Shown here: piece after piece, positions 31,940-40,916 of the stretch
Layout of the letters: every line of letters starts with the position of its first letter
How positions within the stretch are numbered: the first letter of the stretch is position 1
Assembly: GCA_963796965.1 (NCBI GenBank)
Contig: CAWCNS010000020.1
Span: 1-64,000 of the forward strand
Length of the DNA: 64,000 bases
Reading direction: 5' to 3'
Origin: Calditrichia bacterium
GTDB lineage: Bacteria; Calditrichota; Calditrichia; JAJRVZ01
Translations under genes and position numbers: made by a program
Notes under the pieces: model-generated
Databases searched by the model: none
The model's input: the letters and a program-made list of their open reading frames with translations, nothing else
What the model was told of the DNA's origin: nothing

Positions 31940-31951
31940 TAGTGCGTTAAC
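31940..31951 (-). promoter_or_regulatory. Operator-like motif upstream of E1 alpha
   Basis: tagtgcgttaac is the reverse complement of gttaacgcacta. Confidence 0.5.
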
Positions 31952-32022
31952 GTCTACATGCACCCAGCAGTGACAACATGTCAAGGAATAAATTAACTCA
32001 AGATTTAAGGTAAAAAAGAACA

Positions 32023-33012
32023 ATGTATAAAAATCCCGTTAAAGATGGAAATGGTAATGGTGGCAGATTCTTTAAATCTTCATTTGAAAAAATGTATAAA
32101 ATCCGTGTATTTGAAACGGAATGTATCAAATTATACCGGCAGGGATTAATCAGGGGATATTTTCATCCTTATCTTGGAGAAGAAGCTATTGCTGTTGGTG
32201 CATGCGCAGCACTTAATGAAACAGACTATATAACCAGCACCCACCGTGGGCATGGGCACTGCATTGCCAAAGGGGCCGGCTTGAAGCCGATGGTTGCTGA
32301 ATTATTAGGAAAACGCTCAGGTTATTGTCTTGGATTGGGCGGCTCGATGCACATTGCGGATATGTCGAAAGGGAACTTGGGAGCAAATGCAATCGTTGGC
32401 GCCAATCTCCCTCTAAGTGTTGGTGCTGCATTGGGAACATTGGTAAAGGGTGAGGATAAAGTTACCATTGCTTTTTCATCCGATGGGGCGGTTAATAATG
32501 GTGTTTTTTGCGAATCCCTTAACCTTGCAGCAATCTGGAATCTGCCTGTGATTTTTCTGATAGAGAATAACCAATATGCCGTATCAATGCCAATACATCA
32601 TGCTACCCGGCAGCCTGAGTTATATAAAAGGGGTGAGGCGTTAGGCATCGAAAGCTGTTCGGTTGACGGTAATGATGTCAAAGTAATTTTTGAAACTACA
32701 AAAGCAGCAGTTGAGAAATGCCGCACCGGTAAGGGTCCGGTACTTATTGAAGCTATAACCTATCGCCATGGTGGACATCATGTGAATGACCCCGGGACAT
32801 ATATGCCCAAAGAAAAAAAGGAGTATTATAAATCGATTGACCCAGTGGTTAGAGGGAGAAATTATTTGAAAGAGGATTGCATGCTCACAGAAGATGAAAT
32901 AGGGCAGATTGAAGCGCGTATTGACAAAGAGATGGAAAATGCCATTGAATTTGCGAAAACAAGCGATGAATTAAGTTATAAAGAATTTATAGATCTTGTT
33001 GCGGAGTATTAA
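32023..33012 (+). CDS. TPP-dependent 2-oxoacid/acetoin dehydrogenase E1 alpha
   Basis: [16 protein letters not shown]...N TPP motif, IENNQYA, TYRHGGH. Confidence 0.92.
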   Translation: MYKNPVKDGNGNGGRFFKSSFEKMYKIRVFETECIKLYRQGLIRGYFHPYLGEEAIAVGACAALNETDYITSTHRGHGHCIAKGAGLKPMVAELLGKRSGYCLGLGGSMHIADMSKGNLGANAIVGANLPLSVGAALGTLVKGEDKVTIAFSSDGAVNNGVFCESLNLAAIWNLPVIFLIENNQYAVSMPIHHATRQPELYKRGEALGIESCSVDGNDVKVIFETTKAAVEKCRTGKGPVLIEAITYRHGGHHVNDPGTYMPKEKKEYYKSIDPVVRGRNYLKEDCMLTEDEIGQIEARIDKEMENAIEFAKTSDELSYKEFIDLVAEY

Positions 33013-33014
33013 TT

Positions 33015-34062
33015 ATGGAAACGCTAGTCAAGAAATCTAAGATTAAAGATGTTCTAAAAACTGATAAGGAACCTGGTTTTGAAAATAGGCGGCAGATAAT
33101 GTATCGCGACGCTCTAAATGAAGCATTGTATGAAGAAATGAGCAGGGATTCGTCGGTGTTTTTGATGGGAGAGGGTATAGCAGAGCGCGGCGGTTCCTTT
33201 AAGGTTACTGTCGGATTGTTAGAGGAGTTTGGCGCCCGTCGCGTAATCGATACACCGATTGCAGAAGCTAGTTTTACAGGAGCCGGGGTGGGGGCTGCCA
33301 TTGTTGGCGCCCGTCCTGTGGTTGAAATACTGTTTGTCGATTTTACCATGCTTATTCTAGACCAAATTGTAAATCAGGCAGCTAAGTATAAATTTATGAG
33401 TGGCGGAAAAGCGGATGTTCCTTTCGTTTTGCGGTCACAGGGCGGGGTCGGTAACGGACTTGCTGCTCAGCATTCGGAAAGCCTTGAAGCCATATTCTAT
33501 CATATTCCGGGATTAAAACTGGTTATGCCCTCCACATCCTATGATGCTAAAGGACTTTTGAAATCATCGATCAGGGATAATAATCCGGTTATTTTTCTTG
33601 AGCACAAATTGCTTTACATGAATAAAGGTTATGTTCCAGAAGAAGAATACCTAATCGAACTTGGAAAAGCTGATATAAAAAGGGAAGGTAAGGATTGCAC
33701 TATTATTGCTTGGTCAAATATGGTACTGCGTGCTTTAGCTGCAGCGGATATATTAAAGGATGAAGGAATTAGCGTAGAGGTGCTTGATCCGCGAACATTA
33801 GTCCCACTGGATAAAATAGCTATTCTCGAGTCAGTCCGAAAGACCGATCATGTAGTCATTGTCCAGGAAGCAGTACGTCGAGGCGGAATAGCATCTGATA
33901 TTGCTTCGATCATTCAGGAAGAAGCCTTTGACTATCTTAATGCGCCTATTAAAATAGTTGCGGGGTTAACCGCTCCGGTCCCGTTTAATTTAAGTCTGGA
34001 AAAACAGGTAGTGCCTCAAGTGGACGATATAGTTGAAGTCTGTAAAGAAAACAATCGAATAG
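33015..34062 (+). CDS. 2-oxoacid/acetoin dehydrogenase E1 beta (transketolase-like)
   Basis: DTPIAEASF, RPVVEI, AAQHSES, DNNPVIFLEHK; removing the extra T in gaAGTCTgta (34039) gives the end VEAVKKTIE* at 34062. Confidence 0.9.
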
Positions 34063-34238
34063 TAAATAAAATCATGGTTACGAGATATACCGAGAATAGT
34101 GTGCACTTAGTCAATTCGATTATTAAAATTACAGGCTCATCTTGCATATATATATTATTGTGGTAATGATTTACTATTGTGGAAAATGTCACAGTTATTT
34201 AAGCCATAATTGATAAGCTAAATCAATAGAATTTATTT

Positions 34239-34499
34239 TTAATCGAAAGAATTCCCCGATGCTTGCATCGGGGTCAAATAATTTTCAACTTATGGGAAGA
34301 AGTTAAGAAGATGCTCTGGGGAGGTCATTTTTGGACAAGTGGATACTATGTCAACACAGTTGGTCAATTTGCAAGTGAAGAAGTGATAAGAAATTATGTT
34401 GAAAAACAGGGGATGAAATATCAGCAACTATTTAGCCAACAGCAATCACTGTTCGATCGGCCTGAAGATACCTCGTAGCTTGCTGCGAGGCAATTCATT
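34239..34499 (+). mobile_element. tnpA: 261-bp non-autonomous IS200/IS605-derived element, copy 2
   Basis: Identical to 9688-9948; ends 33 bp upstream of the TonB-receptor start. Confidence 0.9.
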
Positions 34500-34532
34500 T
34501 CCACCTGATGCATATATATAAGGAAAATTGAT

Positions 34533-37500
34533 ATGAGTCTAAAAATATCGAATAACATCTTAGTCCTTCCTTTTTTAATCTTACTATTGATGTTCAACTT
34601 TCTTATTGCCGGCACCACAGGAAAAATTAGCGGAATTGTGACCGATTCTGAAAATGGTGAACCGCTTCCCGGAACAAACGTCGTTTTAGAGGGCCAATAT
34701 ATGGGTGCGGCCACAGGTCTTGACGGGTACTATGTTATATTAAATATACCACCCGGTGAATATACCGTCCAGGTATCAATGATCGGATACCAAACTGAAA
34801 CCATGACCAATGTCCGGGTTTCTATTGACCGCACAATAAATCTGAATTTTGCCTTAAAAGATGCCCCCTTAGAGATCACTGAAGAAATTGTCGTTGTCGC
34901 GGACCGGGAAAAAATAAGACCAGATGTCTCTTTTACGCAGACATCTATGAATATTGAAGAAATGAAAACGGTTCCGGTCAGTCCGGATCTTCGTGAAGTG
35001 ATTGCTTTTGCCCCCGGAGTCTATCGCAACGATAGGGGTCAGCTTGAAATTCGCGGTGGTCAAATGGACGAAGTAGGTATGTATGTTGATGGCATATCGA
35101 TGCAGAATTCCCGCACAGGTGTTGGTGTTCTCAACTTACCTCAAGCTGGTATAGAAGAGATACAGATAATACGTGGAGGGTTTAGTGCCGAATATGGCCA
35201 AGCACAAGCCGGTGTTATTAACGTTGTTACAAAGGAAAGTCAAAAGGAGTATCATGGTTCTCTCAATGCTCGTTATGGCCCGGCCCAGCAAAAACATTTT
35301 GGTCCCAATGTTTTTAGTCCTGAGAACGAGTATCATGTAGGCCGATTTTTAAGTATGGACCCTGTATATAGAAGCATACCATGGACCGGAGAAGAGAACA
35401 CCCTGGTTTTCCAGGGTTGGAACAACTGGTGGGCGGATTCCACAATTGAAAAAACGGATAGATATCACCCTGAGAGGACTTTCCCTTATGGAACTACAGC
35501 GGAAGAAGCACGTGAGATTTGGATGTGGCGGCACCGTGAGCAAAAATATGGAGACGAACCCGATTATACAGTCGATGGTACATTTTCTGGTCCAATCCCC
35601 TTTACAGCTGATAAATTGAGCTTATTTATTTCTGGACACTATGACCGCTCAATATATCCCTTCAAATTTTCCAGGCCCGATTTTACAGAAAAGGCATTTA
35701 ATGGAAAACTTATTTATAAAATAAACAATTCAATGAAGTTAGCCTACCATAACATGTATAGTTCTCAATCAGGAGCAATCTTCACTTCTGAACTTGGCTC
35801 AACAAATATGGCGGACGCCCGTCATTGGCTAAGCTCGGCAAGGGTTATGGGAAGGGTCTTTGGATCAAGTACATCAAATCAAACAGGTATGTATAATGGT
35901 GACGGCCAAACAAAGACCAGTGAATTGGAAGTGATTAATCATACCCTAAAGTTTGATTATACTCTAAATAATAGTTCATACTTAAAGGCCTTGGCTACCT
36001 ATAGCAAAACGCAGGAGGGCGCCAAAATTGATCTGCCTTTTAGAGATTTTACCAATATCGTAAAAGTTATTGGTGGCGATAGTTTGGATTTAGCACCGCT
36101 CTTCCCTGTAAACAGAATTGGGTCTAATTATGTTAGTAATAATGATATTTTAGATGCCCACTCAATGGGAGGTATCAGTGGTGTTAGTTATTTTGATGAT
36201 TCGATAAATGAAAGTGTAATACTAAAGGCAGATTATACAAATCAAATTAATAAGATACACATGATACAAGCCGGTTTATGGGGAATGCACACCAATATAA
36301 AACTAAATTATGGTGTTAAGGATGCTATTCACACAATAGATGGTGTTGAGGAATCGTTTCTTAAAAAGGAATGGTTCACCAGAGAAATTCCATATTCAGA
36401 ATTTGCTTTATATGTTCAGGACAAGGCTGAATACCAAGGATTAGTACTAAATGTAGGATTCCGCCTCGATGGAATGTACAACAATGAACAAGACTTCCCG
36501 GATTTTCATTCCTATTATAATAATGGATTTATTAGTGATAGCCTGTATCTCATACCCGAGTCTGATGCTCCGAGGGGTAATTTAAAATTATACCTGTCAC
36601 CTCGTATAGGCGTCTCACATCCTTTAACCGAGAACAGTAAATTATTTTTCAATTATGGATATTTCTATCAGCGGGCAACAATCGCGCAGTTATTTAGCAA
36701 TAATTATAAAATTGACTATTCAGGTGCTAGCCTAAGCGGTCTTTCTTCAGCAAACCTAAATTTTCGTAAAACAATTCAGTATGAACTGGGATATGAACAA
36801 ATGGTAAATGATTGGTTCAGAATTACAGTTTCCGGATATTATCGTGATATCTCTAATACGTTGGATAGGACAACGCTAACAAATATAGATCTTCAGGTTT
36901 ACAGCCGTTTTTACAATACAGGTTTTGGAGAAGTGCGTGGATTTGAAGTGGATGTTCGCGTTCCCCGGCATCTGTTTATTAGCGGTTGGGCAAATTATGA
37001 CTACCGTTCTAAAAGTACCGGGGCCTATGGGTACGAATATTATGCAGAAGAAATCTCTGTTGGCAGAATTGAGGAGAAAGATCCTAAAGCAACTGTCACC
37101 CGCGCGCAACCAAATTTTAGAGCCAATATAACACTCTATTCTCCGGAATTTGAAAAAAGCCAGATAATGCATCTCCTTTTGGCGGATTGGCAAGCCTCTT
37201 TTCTATATCAATGGCGATCAGGAAAATACATTACCTGGCATGAAAACGAAGATCTAAATCAAACAGATCCGTTTAATTTACAGTGGGAAGCATTCACCCG
37301 CCTGGATTTACGGGTTTCCAAATTGTTTAACATAGGAGAAACGCAATTATCCCTTTATATGGATGTGCGTAATTTATTAAATGAGAAATATTTTCACCCC
37401 GAATTATTAGGTAATTTAAATTCCAATAGGGATTATACAAAGTTTACAAGTGAGGACTATTTTAAGGCTATTGACCGGCTTGGTCTAAAGCCGGGTAATG

Positions 37501-37601
37501 TAGAACATCCTGAAATAAAAAGCATGCTTGAGCAGTCAGCTTATTGGATATTTTACGGAGAGCCACGGCAATTTTGGTTTGGTGCAGAATTTAGTTTTTA
37601 A
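34533..37601 (+). CDS. TonB-dependent receptor (CarboxypepD_reg N-domain, plug, barrel)
   Basis: GTTGKISG..GEPLPGTNV, IRGG, GGFSAEYG.A..GVINVVTK, YVQDK.EY, SPRIGVSHP; C-terminal Phe. Confidence 0.92.
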   Translation: MSLKISNNILVLPFLILLLMFNFLIAGTTGKISGIVTDSENGEPLPGTNVVLEGQYMGAATGLDGYYVILNIPPGEYTVQVSMIGYQTETMTNVRVSIDRTINLNFALKDAPLEITEEIVVVADREKIRPDVSFTQTSMNIEEMKTVPVSPDLREVIAFAPGVYRNDRGQLEIRGGQMDEVGMYVDGISMQNSRTGVGVLNLPQAGIEEIQIIRGGFSAEYGQAQAGVINVVTKESQKEYHGSLNARYGPAQQKHFGPNVFSPENEYHVGRFLSMDPVYRSIPWTGEENTLVFQGWNNWWADSTIEKTDRYHPERTFPYGTTAEEAREIWMWRHREQKYGDEPDYTVDGTFSGPIPFTADKLSLFISGHYDRSIYPFKFSRPDFTEKAFNGKLIYKINNSMKLAYHNMYSSQSGAIFTSELGSTNMADARHWLSSARVMGRVFGSSTSNQTGMYNGDGQTKTSELEVINHTLKFDYTLNNSSYLKALATYSKTQEGAKIDLPFRDFTNIVKVIGGDSLDLAPLFPVNRIGSNYVSNNDILDAHSMGGISGVSYFDDSINESVILKADYTNQINKIHMIQAGLWGMHTNIKLNYGVKDAIHTIDGVEESFLKKEWFTREIPYSEFALYVQDKAEYQGLVLNVGFRLDGMYNNEQDFPDFHSYYNNGFISDSLYLIPESDAPRGNLKLYLSPRIGVSHPLTENSKLFFNYGYFYQRATIAQLFSNNYKIDYSGASLSGLSSANLNFRKTIQYELGYEQMVNDWFRITVSGYYRDISNTLDRTTLTNIDLQVYSRFYNTGFGEVRGFEVDVRVPRHLFISGWANYDYRSKSTGAYGYEYYAEEISVGRIEEKDPKATVTRAQPNFRANITLYSPEFEKSQIMHLLLADWQASFLYQWRSGKYITWHENEDLNQTDPFNLQWEAFTRLDLRVSKLFNIGETQLSLYMDVRNLLNEKYFHPELLGNLNSNRDYTKFTSEDYFKAIDRLGLKPGNVEHPEIKSMLEQSAYWIFYGEPRQFWFGAEFSF

Positions 37602-37643
37602 TTTATACTGTAGATGTGTTTGGCAAATTTGTAGGAGAAAAAT

Positions 37644-39641
37644 ATGCGATTTATAAAGTTTCTAACAATAACCCTAATTATGTTTGAATTTACTTTTTTA
37701 AAAGCCCAGACTAATGGCCTCTTCATGGATGGAGGAAAATTTATGTGGCAAATAGAGGCAACAAACCAAGTTACTCATGGTGCTCCACAAAACCCGAAGG
37801 CGAATGGCTATTATCCGGGTGATTTCAGGAGAGATATAGGTTACACGGGTTGTTGGCATGGCGGGCTTTATGAATATACCATTGGTGAAACCAATCCATT
37901 CTCTCCGCCAAATAGTGTTGGTGTAACAAGGATGTTTCCCGGAGGTGCATCGAATAATGATCAGAAAAAGTATATGCGTTACGCCTATCCCGTTATCACG
38001 GTCGATGGACAAAATGCCGGATTGTACCAGGATCCACGATTTATTATTGACCCTACAATGGACTATGAAATGAAAGGTACCAACAGGGGAAAAGGTGCAA
38101 TGGGGGTTACTCATTATACAACCATTTACTCCTGGAGCCATCCGGATTATCAGAATATTATCATTGAACATCAACAGATCATCAACGAAGGGTACCGTGT
38201 TAAATGGTGGGAGCCATCTGCGGAAGATACCGTAACCGTAAATGATCTGGGAGAATATTTTGTAGGATATCATAGAGGTTATGCCCAGGGGGCCAGATCG
38301 ATTGACCTTTTTGTTACTGAAACAAACTGGAATTTTTGGGGCTATGGCGTTCAGGATTCGGTTACCGACCCCAGCCAAATGCTAATGTACCAATGGAACC
38401 CGGATAAAAAAGAAGCATCTCCTATAGAAGATGAAGGCGAGTGGAATATTGAGGATAATCGTTTTTGGTATCCATACTATTTTGGATTTGGATATTTAGA
38501 CGCCAAGGGCCCCTTATTGAACAATGCGAACGTTACTTCGCCCAGACATTGGTGGGGCATCGAGAGTTATCCACATAAATTGTACAATACAAATTCAGCG
38601 GGATTTAAAGCTTTTCTGCAGGCACGTTATAAATATGGTGTTGAACCCAATTTGTTTCAGCCTGACGGTGGACCCAACTCCTACGCCAATCCCCATGATA
38701 GGGATCCCGATGGCGATACCGATTATTTATTACCGAACGGCTGGGATGATGCTAATATGACCTTTTATTACGGACCTTTTGATATTTCCATTGGAGATAC
38801 AATAGATATTTGGCAAACCCATCTTGCAGGGGGTATTGACCCTCATTACGCTAATGAACTTGGTGAAATATGGGCGGAAAAATTTGATCCGAATACGTAC
38901 CCTGCCGGGTGGTCCGATGAGGATATCGCTTGGAAAAATGATATTCTGCGCAGTGCCGGTATCAGCGATATGGTCAGCGGCTATGCCAAGGCGCGGGAAA
39001 TTTATGCCAATGACATGAAAATTCCGAAAATGAACCTGGTTCCGCCGGCAGAGATCACGATTACCTCGGGAGGTGGAAAAGTAGATATTGAATGGGCCGC
39101 TGTCCAGGGCGCCGTTTCCTATAATATCTACCGCGGCGAAGGGGAGGAAAAAAGTTTATTGTATGATAAGATCGATGGTGTGGAAGCTACTGTAACCGCT
39201 TATAGCGATACATCTGCCAGACGGAACTTTTCCTATTATTATTATGTGACAGCGGCAGATGAAGACGGTGTGGAAAGCAGTCATTATGTCGTCAGACCTC
39301 TGATACCGGCAACTCCGTTTTCTGAACAGGGACAGACTTTAGATGCTGTAAGAGTGGTGCCGAATCCCTATGTCTGGAACCCGCAGGGAGCGGACGGTTA
39401 TGGACCGGGTGAGGTAGATCGTATCACATTTGCCGGGCTGCCGGGACCCTGTAAGATAACCATATTTACCCTTACCGGTGATATTGTGGATGAAATTGAT
39501 CATATATCAAAGGATGGTTCTTATCAATGGGACAACCGTACGAAGTATAATCAGTATATTTCCAGTGGTGTTTATATCTATCATGTGGAAAGCACTGAAG
39601 GTAAGGGATCAAAAATCGGTAAATTCATAGTAATTCGATAA
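37644..39641 (+). CDS. Secreted TBDR-associated protein with FN3 and a T9SS-like CTD
   Basis: Signal peptide; SYNIYRG..YYYYVTAAD (FN3); VRVVPNPY...ITFAGLP..CKITIFTLTG...SSGVYIYHVES...KFIVIR. Confidence 0.75.
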   Translation: MRFIKFLTITLIMFEFTFLKAQTNGLFMDGGKFMWQIEATNQVTHGAPQNPKANGYYPGDFRRDIGYTGCWHGGLYEYTIGETNPFSPPNSVGVTRMFPGGASNNDQKKYMRYAYPVITVDGQNAGLYQDPRFIIDPTMDYEMKGTNRGKGAMGVTHYTTIYSWSHPDYQNIIIEHQQIINEGYRVKWWEPSAEDTVTVNDLGEYFVGYHRGYAQGARSIDLFVTETNWNFWGYGVQDSVTDPSQMLMYQWNPDKKEASPIEDEGEWNIEDNRFWYPYYFGFGYLDAKGPLLNNANVTSPRHWWGIESYPHKLYNTNSAGFKAFLQARYKYGVEPNLFQPDGGPNSYANPHDRDPDGDTDYLLPNGWDDANMTFYYGPFDISIGDTIDIWQTHLAGGIDPHYANELGEIWAEKFDPNTYPAGWSDEDIAWKNDILRSAGISDMVSGYAKAREIYANDMKIPKMNLVPPAEITITSGGGKVDIEWAAVQGAVSYNIYRGEGEEKSLLYDKIDGVEATVTAYSDTSARRNFSYYYYVTAADEDGVESSHYVVRPLIPATPFSEQGQTLDAVRVVPNPYVWNPQGADGYGPGEVDRITFAGLPGPCKITIFTLTGDIVDEIDHISKDGSYQWDNRTKYNQYISSGVYIYHVESTEGKGSKIGKFIVIR

Positions 39642-39660
39642 TCGGGGAAGGATCCAGATA

Positions 39661-40639
39661 ATGAAAAAAGGTATCAAGTTTATCACCGTATTATTCATGC
39701 TGTGCTTTGTACATGAATCAGCGTTATCTCAACTGGTATTTGATGATTTTAATAAAGTCGGGCAGGCCGGATTTAAATTCTTATCAATAGGCGTCGGTGC
39801 CCGCAATACAGCCATGGCAGGTGCCGCGGCAACCAATGAAGGGGACGCAGTCTCTTTATTTTGGAACCCGGCCGGTATTGTATCCATGGAAAATATTGGA
39901 TTTTTTGCCGGGTACACGCAGTGGTTTGCTGATATCAGCCAGTCATCTGTATCAGCCGTCATCCCGGTAAGCTGGATTGGCCATATTGGACTTAGCGCAT
40001 CAGTGATGAACTATGGTGATATTGAGTCAACTATTGTGCCTGGAGTGGATAATGATAACGATATCGGTTATATCGACAACGGCATTATCAACCCTTCTGC
40101 CTATCAGGTTGGATTGACCTATGGAAAGGCATTGACTCAAAATTTTCATTTTGCCCTAACAGTTAAATATGCACATGAAGATCTTGTGGAAATGGAAAAA
40201 GGTGCTGTCGCTTTTGATTTTGGCACGATTTATAATGCCCAGGTTCATGATATAAAAATAGCGGTAGTGATGCAGCACTTTGTATTTGAGGAATTAAGCT
40301 GATATAAATCAGGATTTTATGCTGCCCCTGACATTCCGGGTTGGGTTTTCGGTTGATGCCCTAAGCCTCAGTGGTGTAGATTCTGAAACCTCAAAATTGA
40401 ATTTGGCCATTGAAGCGGCAAAACCGCGTGATTATTCTGAGCGAATTCATTTGGGCGCAGAATATTGGTATAGAGATCTTCTCGCACTCCGTGCCGGGTA
40501 CCGTTTTAATTATGACACCGAAGGACTGACACTGGGTTTTGCCATAAAATACAATGTATTTGAATTGGGTTATTCCTTTGTTAATTATGACAGCCGTTTA
40601 GGCAATGTGAGTCGTTTCGGCCTTATGTATAATATGTAA
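39661..40639 (+). CDS. PorV/PorQ (UPF0164)-like outer-membrane barrel, frameshift at ~40301
   Basis: FLSIGVGARNTAMAGA, FWNPAG, LPLTFRVG, HLGAEYWY..LALRAGY; ORFs join on removing G after ttaAGCT. Confidence 0.85.
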
Positions 40640-40916
40640 GCGGGAAATAGGAATTACAGTATCGAGGTAAGCCGGCGTATAGAAGAATTAAATTATAAGA
40701 AGCGTTGAAAAATGTAACTAGTTCAGATTGATATTTTTGCAAATTGATTACATAAATCCATGATTGGAGGTAAGTATGTCAGTAAATTGCAGAGGAGACC
40801 CACCTATAGACATAAATTAAATTTCTTTTTACAGGTCTATGCTCTTATCGCAACATATGCTGAGTTGTAGACCGGAGTTGTTAAAATTAATTACAATGTA
40901 CGAGGGGAGAAACAAA

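Noticed and set aside
9688..34499. Composite transposon bounded by the two 261-bp elements
   Set aside because: The interrupted oxidoreductase does not resume after 34499.
40777..40821. Small ORF MSVNCRGDPPIDIN after a GGAGG RBS as a leader peptide
   Set aside because: No attenuator structure or other support; more likely a decayed gene start.
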